The translations under genes and the position numbers were made by a program. The notes under the pieces are model-generated. The model was not told where the DNA came from and did no database searches. It saw nothing but the letters and a program-made list of their open reading frames with translations. DNA of 64,000 nucleotides from Candidatus Scybalenecus merdavium (GTDB lineage: Bacteria; Bacillota; Clostridia; Oscillospirales; Acutalibacteraceae), in the NCBI GenBank assembly GCA_018714405.1, contig DVNM01000028.1:1221-65220 (forward strand), in the 5' to 3' direction. Shown piece by piece: positions 46,205 through 55,392 of the stretch (the first letter of the stretch is position 1; each line of letters starts with the position of its first letter).

Positions 46205-46669
46205 TCAAAACACATGCGTGCCCTTATACCAGGTCGGGACATCCAGCTTAAACCCGTCCCACCACTGCATTTGGCAGGCATTTACCTTTTTTGCGGTGGC
46301 CACTTCCCTTTCTCCAAACCGAACGGCCCACGGCAGGTGCGAGATCATGGATTCAGCCGTATAAAACTTGAGAATGGGGAAAAAATCGCCGGGAATCTTG
46401 TCTTCAAAATAGCCGTTGATCAGCCCGGTCTCAAAATATTCGCTTTGCATGACGTTCCAGCAAAACGGCTTCAGTTCATCATAGGGATCGCCGGCGCCGC
46501 TTCTATCGAAATCGATCACACCGATGCGGCCGTCCCGCACGATCATATTGCCCAGATGGTAATCGCCGTGGCAAAGGACCTGCGGCCGGTCTTTCATCAA
46601 AAACACATGGCTTTTATAGTAATCCAAAATTTCTTCCTGCAACGGGATCCTGCGGGGACAAAGCTGCAT
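46205..46669 (-). pseudogene. N-terminally truncated aminoglycoside/choline-kinase-type phosphotransferase (C-lobe only)
   Basis: The 154 aa contain the catalytic loop (CHGDYHLGNMIV) and metal-binding DFD (VIDFDRSG). The ATP-binding N-lobe, expected to be about 100-150 aa, is missing. Only about 35 nt separate the ATG from the upstream terminator. A good RBS (GGAGGAAG) is present. Confidence 0.6.
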
Positions 46670-46726
46670 ATGCTTCCTCCGAATGCGGCTTTATTTTGGC
46701 AAGCCGCAAGACCCTGCACAAACCGG

Positions 46727-46760
46727 TAGAAAACGCCCGAATATAGATCCGGGCGTTTTT
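46727..46760 (-). terminator. terminator after the hydrogenase gene
   Basis: Hairpin AACGCCCG / CGGGCGTT, flanked by T and A runs. Confidence 0.7.
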
Positions 46761-46777
46761 TATACTTTCTATTAAAA

Positions 46778-48193
46778 TTAAAGTTCGGTTTGGATCGCAT
46801 CCACAATCTTGCTCTCTTTGGCAGTCTTGGCATAGTTGTCAATGCGCATTTTGTTCGTTTCCATATGCGTCAGACAGCCGGCGCCGCCGATACAGCCGCC
46901 GAGGCAGGCCATGCCTTCGATAAAATTCTTGTCGAGCATGCCCTTCGACGCCTTGAGCAGGTTGACACGGCATTCGCCGATGCCGTTTGAGCTGATCGCT
47001 TTCAGCGTAAAGTCGTGGTAGCCGAGCTCTTTGAGCGCTTCCTGCACCGCCTCGGCCAAACCGCCGCAGCGGGCAAAGATGCGGCCGTAGAACGTGGCGG
47101 TGTCGAGCTGCGTTTCACCGAGTGTGGTAATGTCGATGTCGCGCGAGGCAAACAACGCCTCCAGTTCCTGGAACGTAAGGACACAGTCAACGTACGGCTT
47201 GACTTCTTCGCGCTGGATCTCCATCTTCTTAGCCGTACACGGACCAATAAAGATCACTTTGGCATTCGGGTGCGCCAGCTTGACTTCACGCGAGACCGTA
47301 GCCATCGGCGAAAGGTTGGTCGAAATATTGCCGCGCAGCTTCGGGAACGACTTTTCAATGTAGGAAACAAATGCCGGGCAGCACGACGAAGTCAGAAAGC
47401 CTTTTTCAGCCAGTTCCTTCGCCTCATTGTAAGACACCATGTCGGCGCCGAGCGCCGCTTCAATGATTTGGGTAAATCCAAGCGCCTTGATGCCGCTGAG
47501 CACCTGGCCAAGCTTGGCGTAGGTAAACTGACTGGCAATGGACGGCGCAATAACGGCGTAAACTTCCCCGCCGCTTTTGAGCATTTGGATAGCGTCCAGG
47601 ATATAGGACTTGTCCACGATGGCGCCGAACGGGCACTTATAGCTGCAGGCGCCGCAGGAAATGCACTTTTCGTTGTCGATATGCGCCGCATTGTTTTCAC
47701 CCTTGGAGATCGCCTTGATCTGGCAGGCGCGCTCACACGGACGGCTGAAATTCATGATAGCCGTATAGGGGCAGACCTTGGCGCACTGGCCGCAGTTGAT
47801 GCATTTTTCCTTGTCGATATGCGCTTTCAGGTTTTCATCGTATGTAATAGCGCCGCGCGGACAAACCGTTTCACAGTGGTGCGCAATACAGCCGCGGCAG
47901 GCGCTGGTGACCTCGTAACCGGAAGTCGGACATTCATCGCAGGCGATGTCAATGACCTCAATGACGTTGGGGTTCGACTTGTCGCCGCCCATGGCGACCT
48001 TGATGCGTTCCTGCACGATGGCGCGTTCTTTATAAACGCAGCAGCGCATGGTCGGCACGTCGCGCGGTACGATCGTCTGCGGGATGTCCATGATGCGCTC
48101 GGCCAGCTTATCCTCCCACGCGGCCTTGGCCACCTCTTTGATCACGTTGTATTTCAACAGCTGAACTTTTGAGTCAAATTTGCGTACTGCCAT
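46778..48193 (-). CDS. [FeFe] hydrogenase (monomeric, multiple 4Fe-4S domains; probably group B type)
   Basis: The start is moved to ATG 48193 (RBS GGAGGG). The H-cluster motifs are L1 TSSCCPAF, L2 GPCTAKKME and L3 MACLGGCIGGAGC. Two CxxCxxCxxxCP ferredoxin motifs and a Cys-rich N-terminus are also present. Confidence 0.85.
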   Translation of the reverse strand: MAVRKFDSKVQLLKYNVIKEVAKAAWEDKLAERIMDIPQTIVPRDVPTMRCCVYKERAIVQERIKVAMGGDKSNPNVIEVIDIACDECPTSGYEVTSACRGCIAHHCETVCPRGAITYDENLKAHIDKEKCINCGQCAKVCPYTAIMNFSRPCERACQIKAISKGENNAAHIDNEKCISCGACSYKCPFGAIVDKSYILDAIQMLKSGGEVYAVIAPSIASQFTYAKLGQVLSGIKALGFTQIIEAALGADMVSYNEAKELAEKGFLTSSCCPAFVSYIEKSFPKLRGNISTNLSPMATVSREVKLAHPNAKVIFIGPCTAKKMEIQREEVKPYVDCVLTFQELEALFASRDIDITTLGETQLDTATFYGRIFARCGGLAEAVQEALKELGYHDFTLKAISSNGIGECRVNLLKASKGMLDKNFIEGMACLGGCIGGAGCLTHMETNKMRIDNYAKTAKESKIVDAIQTEL

Positions 48194-48239
48194 ACTTCCC
48201 TCCACAGAAATTCAACAAATGTTTATAGATTTCATCATT

Positions 48240-48269
48240 ATTTTATGGAACAAAGCAGCCGTTTGTCAA
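48240..48269 (-). promoter_or_regulatory. hydrogenase promoter
   Basis: On the minus strand: TTGACA, 18-nt spacer, TAAAAT. Confidence 0.55.
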
Positions 48270-48298
48270 GGCTAACATACGAAAACGGCATGGATCGC

Positions 48299-48334
48299 AT
48301 AAAAAAGGCAGTGCAGCAAAAGCACCGCACTGCC
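48299..48334 (-). terminator. terminator after nfnB
   Basis: Hairpin GGCAGTGC / GCACTGCC, followed on the minus strand by a T6 run. Confidence 0.8.
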
Positions 48335-48344
48335 AAGAATTTAT

Positions 48345-49751
48345 TTACTTAGAGGATTTTGCCTGAATATACGCATCTATTGAAGCCGCGGCTTTCTTGC
48401 CGGCGCCCATGGCCAAAATAACAGTCGCAGCGCCGGTCACGGCGTCGCCGCCGGCATAAACGCCCTCTTTGGTGGTCATTTCATGCTCATCTACGATGAT
48501 ACCGCCGTGGCTGTTGACCTCAAGCCCTTTGGTGGTGGACTTGATGAGCGGATTCGGCGAGGTACCGATCGACATGATCACACAGTCCACATCGAGCGTA
48601 AACGTGCAGTCCGGCTTCGGCACGGGGCGGCGGCGGCCGCTGGCATCCGGCTCGCCAAGCTCCATTTCCATACATTTGATGCCTTTTACAAGAAAATCGT
48701 CATCGCCCAAGATCTCGACCGGGTTGCTGAGCAGTTTAAAGATGATGCCCTCTTCCTCGGCATGCTCCACTTCTTCGGCACGGGCGGGCAGTTCCTCGCG
48801 CGAACGTCTGTAAACGATGTACACATTTTCGGCGCCAAGGCGCTTTGCGCAGCGCGCGGCGTCCATAGCCACGTTGCCGCCGCCGACGACCGCCACATTC
48901 TTGGCGTGTTCGATCGGCGTGGCGCTGCCCTCTTTATATGCTTTCATCAGGTTGACGCGCGTCAAAAACTCATTGGCGGAATACACGCCGTTCAGGCTTT
49001 CACCCGGAATATTCATGAAACGCGGCAGACCGGCGCCCGAACCGATAAACACCGCCTCGAAGCCCTCTTCCTGCATCAGCTCATCGACCGTAAGGGACTT
49101 ACCGATCACAACGTTTGTATCCACTTTCACGCCAAGGTCTTTCAGACCGTCGATCTCTTTTTGCACAATGGCTTTCGGCAGTCTGAACTCCGGAATACCG
49201 TAAACCAGTACGCCGCCGGCCAGATGCAGCGCCTCAAAAATCGTGACATCGTAACCTTTTTTCGCCAGATCGCCGGCACAGGTCAGGCCGCTGGGGCCGG
49301 AACCGACCACAGCAACTTTGTGCCCGTTCGAGGCCGGACGCTGCGGCTTTTCGGTGCTGTGCGCATTGTGGTAATCAGCTACAAAGCGTTCCAGACGGCC
49401 GATACCGACCGGTTCGTTTTTAATGCCGCGCACGCATTTGCCCTCGCACTGCGTTTCCTGCGGGCATACGCGGCCGCAGACTGCGGGCAGAGAGCTGCTT
49501 TTGGCAATGATCTGGTAAGCCTCTTCAAAATTTCCTTCAGCCACCTGCGCAATAAAAGCAGGGATGTCGATCTGGACGGGGCAGCCGGAAGTACAGGGCT
49601 TATTTTTGCAGTGCAGGCAGCGCTTTGCCTCGTCGATTGCCGTTTCTGCATCGTAACCAAGTGCCACCTCTAAAAAGTTCTTGTTTCTTACATCAGGCGC
49701 CTGGCTGGGCATTGGGTTTTTGTCCGGGCGCATATTGGGCATATTCGGCAT
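48345..49751 (-). CDS. nfnB: NADPH-dependent glutamate synthase beta-chain-like oxidoreductase (NfnB / SudA type)
   Basis: ATG 49751 overlaps the nfnA stop (TAATG), and RBS AGGAGG lies upstream. It has two Cys clusters (CLHCKNKPC, CPQETQCEGKC) and two dinucleotide folds (VVGSGPSGL, VVGGGNVAMD). Confidence 0.85.
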   Translation of the reverse strand: MPNMPNMRPDKNPMPSQAPDVRNKNFLEVALGYDAETAIDEAKRCLHCKNKPCTSGCPVQIDIPAFIAQVAEGNFEEAYQIIAKSSSLPAVCGRVCPQETQCEGKCVRGIKNEPVGIGRLERFVADYHNAHSTEKPQRPASNGHKVAVVGSGPSGLTCAGDLAKKGYDVTIFEALHLAGGVLVYGIPEFRLPKAIVQKEIDGLKDLGVKVDTNVVIGKSLTVDELMQEEGFEAVFIGSGAGLPRFMNIPGESLNGVYSANEFLTRVNLMKAYKEGSATPIEHAKNVAVVGGGNVAMDAARCAKRLGAENVYIVYRRSREELPARAEEVEHAEEEGIIFKLLSNPVEILGDDDFLVKGIKCMEMELGEPDASGRRRPVPKPDCTFTLDVDCVIMSIGTSPNPLIKSTTKGLEVNSHGGIIVDEHEMTTKEGVYAGGDAVTGAATVILAMGAGKKAAASIDAYIQAKSSK

Positions 49752-50587
49752 TATTCCTGAACCTCCTGTTTGAAAAGATTGCACGACGCTTCGCGCTCGA
49801 AAGATTTATACATGGCGCCGCGTTTCATCGCCTCGTCAAAATCGACCTGGTGACCGTCAAAATCAGGGCCGTCCACACAGGCGAATTTTGTAACGCCGCC
49901 GACCGTCAGGCGGCAGCCGCCGCACATGCCGGTGCCGTCGACCATAATGGGGTTCATGGAAACGACCGTGTCAATATTGTACTTTTTGGTCAGCTGGCAG
50001 ACGAATTTCATCATGATCAGCGGGCCGATCGCAATGACGCGGTCATATTTTTCGCCGGACTGGATCAGTTCCTCCAGTGCCTTCGTCACCACGCCCTGCT
50101 GGCCGTAGCTGCCGTCGTCTGTCATAACGACCAGCTTGTCAGAGCAAGCTTTGAATTCATCCTCAAGGATCAGCAGGTCCTTGGAACGAAAGCCCACGAT
50201 GGAGTGCACCTCAGCACCCTCTTCATGAAGCTTTTTAGCGACCGGCCAGGCAATGGCGCAGCCGACACCGCCGCCGACGATCGCGACCTTTTGAATGCCC
50301 TCCGTCTCCGTCGGCCGACCGAGCGGGCCCACAAAATCCTGCAGGCAGTCGCCGGCATTTTTCATATTGAGCAGCTTGGTCGTGGCGCCGACGATCTGGA
50401 AAATGATCGTAACCGTGCCCGCCTCGCGGTCATAGCCTGCAACGGTAAGCGGGATACGCTCGCCGTTTTCATCCACACGCAGAATGATAAACTGACCGGG
50501 CTGCGCTTTTTTCGCAACGAAAGGCGCCTCGACCACCATTTCCGTAACGGTCGGGTTGAGCTCTCTTTTACTGATGATTTTATACAT
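49751..50587 (-). CDS. nfnA: ferredoxin-NADP reductase-like FAD/[2Fe-2S] subunit (NfnA / SudB type)
   Basis: The 278-aa protein has the PyrK-like fold (PGQFIILRV, IVGGGVGCA) and a C-terminal Cys cluster (GTGMCGGCR...FACVDGP). Confidence 0.85.
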   Translation of the reverse strand: MYKIISKRELNPTVTEMVVEAPFVAKKAQPGQFIILRVDENGERIPLTVAGYDREAGTVTIIFQIVGATTKLLNMKNAGDCLQDFVGPLGRPTETEGIQKVAIVGGGVGCAIAWPVAKKLHEEGAEVHSIVGFRSKDLLILEDEFKACSDKLVVMTDDGSYGQQGVVTKALEELIQSGEKYDRVIAIGPLIMMKFVCQLTKKYNIDTVVSMNPIMVDGTGMCGGCRLTVGGVTKFACVDGPDFDGHQVDFDEAMKRGAMYKSFEREASCNLFKQEVQE

Positions 50588-50649
50588 AAAAACACTCCGC
50601 TTACTAAAAATTCAGCGAAGCACTCGTAATGAATACCTCGCCGAATTTC

Positions 50650-50678
50650 ATTATATACTACTTTTTCCGGCAAATCAA
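50650..50678 (-). promoter_or_regulatory. nfnAB promoter
   Basis: On the minus strand: TTGATT, 17-nt spacer, TATAAT. Confidence 0.55.
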
Positions 50679-50741
50679 ACATTTGCCCGGCAAAACTGCA
50701 AAAAATTTATTGAAAATTTATCATTTTCTGACAGCTTTGCT

Positions 50742-51917
50742 TTAGAAATCGACCTCTTCATCATAGTAGCAGCATTTAAGCAGCTTGGCCATTGTGGGCG
50801 GGTCGATCTGTCTGGGATTGGAGCCTGTGCAGGCGTCGCCCACAGCATTTTCTGCCACTTCGTCGAGCTTCTCAAGGAATTCTTTTTCGTCAATGATGCC
50901 GCCTTCGTAATCCTTGATGCAGCTGGGGATGTTGAGCGCCTTGTTCATTTCTTTAATATGCTCGATCAAGGCGTCCACTGTGGGCTCAAGGCCAAGGAAC
51001 GCAGCGATCTCGCAATATCTCTTGTTGGCGTCCGGGTCAACAGAGTTGTACTTGATGACCTTCGGCAGGTACATGGCGTTTGCGCAGCCGTGTACGATGT
51101 GGCCGCCGGAATAGGCAGCGCCGGTCTTGTGCGCCATGGAATGCACGATACCGAGCAGCGCGTTTGAGAAGGCCATGCCGGCCAGGCACTGTGCGTCGTG
51201 CATATTGTCGCGGGCGGTCATGTCGCCGTTATAGGAAGCGACAAGGTCACGGGAGATCATTTTGATGGCGTGCAGTGCAAGGCCGTCTGTGTAGTTGCAG
51301 TGCAGCGTAGAAACATAGGCTTCGATCGCGTGGGTCATAGCATCCATGCCCGTGTGCGCCGTCAGCTTGGCAGGCATCGTCTCCGCCAGGTCGGGGTCAA
51401 CGATCGCGACGTCCGGCGTGATGTTGAAGTCAGCCAGCGGGTATTTGATACCTTTTTCATAGTCTGTGATAACGGAGAAAGCCGTTACCTCGGTTGCCGT
51501 GCCGGAGGTGGACGGAACCGCGCAGAACTTTGCCTTTGTGCGCAGTGTCGGGAAGTTGAACGGAATGCACAGATCCTCAAACTTGGTGTCAGGATACTCG
51601 TAGAAAGTCCACATGGCTTTTGCCGCGTCGATCGGCGAACCGCCGCCGACAGCCACGATCCAGTCGGGTCCGAATTCTTCCATCGCTTTCGCGCCCTTCA
51701 TGACGGTCGTAACGGACGGGTCGGGTTCCACACCCTCGTAGAGCTTAACTTCCATGCCGCCCTCTTCCAGATAGTTTACGATTTTGTCGAGAAAGCCGAA
51801 ACGCTTCATGGAGCCGCCGCCGACAACGACGATCGCTTTTTTGCCGCCGAGCGTTTTCAGATTTTCGATCGCGCCCTTGCCATGATACAGATCTCTCGGT
51901 AAAGTAAACCTTGCCAT
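50742..51917 (-). CDS. iron-containing (group III) alcohol dehydrogenase
   Basis: The 391-aa protein has GGGSPIDAAKA and the metal-binding His cluster (HAIEAY..., HSMAHK...). Its substrate cannot be read from sequence; lactaldehyde, propanediol and butanol are all possible. Confidence 0.88.
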   Translation of the reverse strand: MARFTLPRDLYHGKGAIENLKTLGGKKAIVVVGGGSMKRFGFLDKIVNYLEEGGMEVKLYEGVEPDPSVTTVMKGAKAMEEFGPDWIVAVGGGSPIDAAKAMWTFYEYPDTKFEDLCIPFNFPTLRTKAKFCAVPSTSGTATEVTAFSVITDYEKGIKYPLADFNITPDVAIVDPDLAETMPAKLTAHTGMDAMTHAIEAYVSTLHCNYTDGLALHAIKMISRDLVASYNGDMTARDNMHDAQCLAGMAFSNALLGIVHSMAHKTGAAYSGGHIVHGCANAMYLPKVIKYNSVDPDANKRYCEIAAFLGLEPTVDALIEHIKEMNKALNIPSCIKDYEGGIIDEKEFLEKLDEVAENAVGDACTGSNPRQIDPPTMAKLLKCCYYDEEVDF

Positions 51918-51977
51918 TATGTATTACCTCTTTCAAAATGTAAATTGATGTGGTGGTTTTTTCACCCACCGCAATAA

Positions 51978-52006
51978 ATTCTAACGCAGATGCACAAAAT
52001 TGTCAA
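51978..52006 (-). promoter_or_regulatory. alcohol dehydrogenase promoter
   Basis: On the minus strand: TTGACA, 17-nt spacer, TAGAAT. A second ATTGACAAT copy lies immediately upstream. Confidence 0.55.
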
Positions 52007-52053
52007 TGCATTGTCAATAATTTTTGTGATTTTTTTTAATTTCTTAATAGATT

Positions 52054-52098
52054 GATAAAAAATAAGCAGAACCATTCACAGCCCGTGAGCGGTTCTGC
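52054..52098 (-). terminator. terminator after mutS2
   Basis: Hairpin GCAGAACC / GGTTCTGC with an inner TCAC/GTGA helix, followed on the minus strand by a T-rich run. Confidence 0.75.
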
Positions 52099-52119
52099 CA
52101 TTAATGCGCAAGCGCAGGT

Positions 52120-54489
52120 CTATTTCAGTTCCACAATGGTCACGCCGGTCTCCCCCTCGCCGTAACGGCCAAGCCGGTAAGAAGCCACCAGGCGGTTGTG
52201 CTTCAGCTCGTCAGCCACAGCGCGGCGCAGCACACCCGTGCCTTTGCCGTGGATGACCGTGAGCTCGTTCAGATTGGTCATGGCAGCCCGGTCCAGATAC
52301 ATCTGCAGCGCCGTGACCGCCTCTTCGGCCGTCATGCCGCGCAGGTCGACCGTAGAGCCTACGGAGGAATCGCCGCGCGAGACAGCGCGGTGCACCGAAA
52401 CGGGCGCAGAGGGTTTTTCAGCCGGTTTTTCACCCAAAAAGCGCACATCTTTTTCAGATACGCGCGTTTTCAGCGGCCCGGCCTGCACGGTAAGCTTGGC
52501 GCCGGTCTCCACGACTTCGGCCTTGCCCAGACCGCGCACAAGCACCTGGTCGCCTTTTTTCAGCGGGCGCGGCAGTGTGTAATCGGCATTGTCGAAATCC
52601 ACACGCTCGGCCGGATCTGTCAGTTCCTGCAGCTCGCCCAGATTGTTTTTGATCTCGCGGCGGGCGCGGCGGGCCAGTTCCGTTGCCGATGTGTTGCTTT
52701 GCTCTTTTTTCAGCTTTTCCAGTTCCAGCAAAAAAGCTGCGCTCTTGCGCCGCGCATCCTCCACGATACGGCGTGCCTCATTGCGGGCCGCCTGGATCTC
52801 ATTTTCACGCTGCTGTTCAGAGCGGCGGCGCGACGCCTCGGCTTTGTCGGCCGCAGACTGCGCGCGGCGGTACATCTCCTCGGTGCGCGCCTTTTCGCGG
52901 TCCAGCACCGAACGCTCTTTTTCCAGATTTTCCAGCACGCCCTCGAACTGGCGGTTTTCATCGCTGACAAGAGCCTGGGCACGTTCGGTCACCGACTCCG
53001 GAAGACCAAGCCGGCGGGAAATCACAAAGGCGTTAGAGCGCCCCGGCATACCGATCAGCAAACGGTAGGTCGGGCGCAAGGTCTTTACATCAAACTCACA
53101 GGCGCCGTTCGTAACGCCCGGCGTATTCAGCGCGTAAGCTTTCAGTTCCGGGTAATGCGTTGTGGCCATGACCTGCGCACCCTGCGCACGCAGCTGCTCA
53201 ATAACGGCAACGGCCAGCGCAGCGCCCTCGGCCGGGTCAGTGCCGGCGCCCAACTCGTCGATCAAAACAAGCGAATGGTCCGACGCCGTTTTTAAAATGG
53301 AAATGATATTTTTCATGTGCGAGGAGAATGTGGACAGATTCTGCGCGATCGACTGCTCGTCGCCGATGTCGACCAGGATCCTGTCGTACACGCAGATCCG
53401 GCTGCCGTCCCCCGCCGGGATCAGCAGGCCGCACATCGCCATCGCCGTTAAAAGCCCGGTCGTTTTCAAGGTAACCGTTTTGCCGCCGGTATTCGGGCCG
53501 GTGATGACGAGCGTGTCGAACGTTTCCCCAAGAGAGACGTCGATCGGCACGACTTTTTTGGGGTCGATCAGCGGATGACGTGCCGCCTTGAGCACCGTTA
53601 CGCCCTCGCGGTTGACACTTGGACGCACCGCGCGCATTTGAGATGCCAGGCGCGCCTTGGCAAAGATCAGGTCCAGATCCGCAGCGTTTTGGTAACTGGT
53701 GCGGATGCCGTCTGCAAACGAGCCGGCCATGGCCGAAAGCTCATAAAGGATACGGCTGATCTCGTCACGTTCCTGCCCCTCCAAAACTTTGATGGCATTG
53801 TTGGCCTCCACAACGCCGGCCGGCTCTACAAATACCGTCTGGCCGCTGGCCGACGTATCGTGCGCCAGGCCCTTGACCTCGGCACGGCACTCACTTTTGA
53901 CCGGCACGACATAGCGGCCGCCGCGCTGGGTGACGATCGGTTCCTGCAGATATTTCTGGTAATACGGCGAGCGGATCATTTTGTCGAGCATTTCACGCAC
54001 CGAAGCAGACTTGGCGCGGATGCGCCGGCGAATGTCAAACAGTGTATCCGAAGCGTGGTCGCTGATCTCCTCTTCACTGACGATCGCTTTGGAGATAGCG
54101 CCCTCCAGATAATTGTTCTCGGTCACGCCGTCAAAAAGCGCCGTAAGGCTGGCCGTCATATTTTCACAGTGACCGCGCCACGAACAAAGCGCGCGGAAGC
54201 TGCGCAGAACAGCCGCGATCTTCAAAAGCTCGCCGGCTGAAAGCGCACCGCCGGCCGCCGCACGGGCAAGCGGCCCGTTTACGTTTTGCAGCCCGGAAAA
54301 CGACGGGGTGCCGAACCGGGCGCACAGCGAAAACGCGTCCTGCGTCTGGTTCAGCAGCACCTCGACCGCCGCCAGGTCAGACGACGGCGTAAGCGCCAGC
54401 GCCGCGTCGGCCGCATCGGCGCAGCCGGTCTGGGCACGCAGCATCTGCAAAACGCTGTTCAGTTCCAAAATTTGGTAATTCTTATTCAT
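52120..54489 (-). CDS. mutS2: endonuclease MutS2 (MutS domain V ATPase plus C-terminal Smr domain)
   Basis: The 789-aa protein has Walker A (ITGPNTGGKTV), a long coiled-coil, and a C-terminal Smr domain (VDLRGMTAEEA...VIHGKGTGVLR). Confidence 0.92.
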   Translation of the reverse strand: MNKNYQILELNSVLQMLRAQTGCADAADAALALTPSSDLAAVEVLLNQTQDAFSLCARFGTPSFSGLQNVNGPLARAAAGGALSAGELLKIAAVLRSFRALCSWRGHCENMTASLTALFDGVTENNYLEGAISKAIVSEEEISDHASDTLFDIRRRIRAKSASVREMLDKMIRSPYYQKYLQEPIVTQRGGRYVVPVKSECRAEVKGLAHDTSASGQTVFVEPAGVVEANNAIKVLEGQERDEISRILYELSAMAGSFADGIRTSYQNAADLDLIFAKARLASQMRAVRPSVNREGVTVLKAARHPLIDPKKVVPIDVSLGETFDTLVITGPNTGGKTVTLKTTGLLTAMAMCGLLIPAGDGSRICVYDRILVDIGDEQSIAQNLSTFSSHMKNIISILKTASDHSLVLIDELGAGTDPAEGAALAVAVIEQLRAQGAQVMATTHYPELKAYALNTPGVTNGACEFDVKTLRPTYRLLIGMPGRSNAFVISRRLGLPESVTERAQALVSDENRQFEGVLENLEKERSVLDREKARTEEMYRRAQSAADKAEASRRRSEQQRENEIQAARNEARRIVEDARRKSAAFLLELEKLKKEQSNTSATELARRARREIKNNLGELQELTDPAERVDFDNADYTLPRPLKKGDQVLVRGLGKAEVVETGAKLTVQAGPLKTRVSEKDVRFLGEKPAEKPSAPVSVHRAVSRGDSSVGSTVDLRGMTAEEAVTALQMYLDRAAMTNLNELTVIHGKGTGVLRRAVADELKHNRLVASYRLGRYGEGETGVTIVELK

Positions 54490-55228
54490 CTTTGATTTCC
54501 TTATAAAACTTCAATGCAGACAAGTCATACGAAACACGCTGCAGCACAAACTGCTCCGTACAGGCGCAAAGCAGGCGCATGTTGGCAGCAGACAGCTTAA
54601 AGCTGAACACTTTTTTCAGGTCGGACAGGCAGATGAAACGAACGGCGGTCAGCACGCTCAGCGGCAGCGGCACAAGCCCCCTGCCCCGCCCGCAGTTTTC
54701 ACAGTAGATAACAGCGGCGTGCGTGTCAAAATACATCGTGTCCGTCTCATAGGCTGCGCAGGTGTGGCAGGCCACAATGTCGGGCATATAACCGCCCAGG
54801 CACATCAGCCGCAGCTCAAAAACGGCCTTGATCTTGTCGCGCGCAGGCGCCTCGGCACACAAAAGGTGCAGTGCATTCAAAAACAGGCGCAGCATTTCGT
54901 GGCTGGCCTGTTCCTCATGACCGAACTCCAGGATCAGCTGGGCAAAATACTGCGCCAAACTGAGGCTGGAAAGATTTTTGCGCAAATCGAAAAATACGTC
55001 GATCGGCGACGCATTGGAGATGGTATATGTATTGTTTTTATTTTTATATAGTGTAAATGTGCTGTAGGCAAACATGGTGGTGCCGCTGACCTCGGCGCTG
55101 CTGATGCGCTTGGCTCGGCGGACAAACGCCTTGATCAGGCCGAAATCATCAGTAAGGAGAGTGACCAGCCGGTCACTCTCCCCAACTGTTTGTTCCCTGA
55201 TAACGATCCCTTTTCCGGTCGTTTTCAT
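54482..55228 (-). CDS. recO: DNA repair protein RecO
   Basis: The track ORF is trimmed to ATG 55228. The N-terminus MKTTGKGIVIREQTVGESDRLVTLLT is a RecO OB-fold N-terminus, and a Cys4 motif is present (CHTC...CENCG). It overlaps the mutS2 start by 8 nt. Confidence 0.85.
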   Translation of the reverse strand: MKTTGKGIVIREQTVGESDRLVTLLTDDFGLIKAFVRRAKRISSAEVSGTTMFAYSTFTLYKNKNNTYTISNASPIDVFFDLRKNLSSLSLAQYFAQLILEFGHEEQASHEMLRLFLNALHLLCAEAPARDKIKAVFELRLMCLGGYMPDIVACHTCAAYETDTMYFDTHAAVIYCENCGRGRGLVPLPLSVLTAVRFICLSDLKKVFSFKLSAANMRLLCACTEQFVLQRVSYDLSALKFYKEIKDE

Positions 55229-55316
55229 AAAACGCAGACTCCTGTGCATTTTTGTACTTGATGTAGTCTTCGACCTTGCCGGAGCGGACAAAGTCGTTCC
55301 AATAATCTTTTTCCAT
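55173..55316 (-). CDS. YqzL-like small protein (47 aa), not in the ORF track
   Basis: Hand-translated as MEKDYWNDFVRSGKVEDYIKYKNAQESAFYENDRKRDRYQGTNSWGE. It occupies the era-recO gap where Firmicutes carry yqzL. The W..F...G.V..Y..YK pattern resembles that family. It overlaps the recO start by 56 nt in another frame. Confidence 0.5.
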   Translation of the reverse strand: MEKDYWNDFVRSGKVEDYIKYKNAQESAFYENDRKRDRYQGTNSWGE

Positions 55317-55392
55317 TGCATCACCGCCGCAGTAGATATTGTACCCGGCTGCGCGCGGCTAAACAGCAGAAAAATTAACCATGAAAGAAAAA

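Noticed and set aside
48206-52119. Rex (redox-sensing repressor) boxes upstream of the hydrogenase, nfnAB and ADH genes.
   Set aside because: There is no match close to TTGTTAA-N4-TTAACAA. I found only a half-site-like TTGTTGA upstream of the hydrogenase gene and a small AACA-TT-TGTT palindrome.
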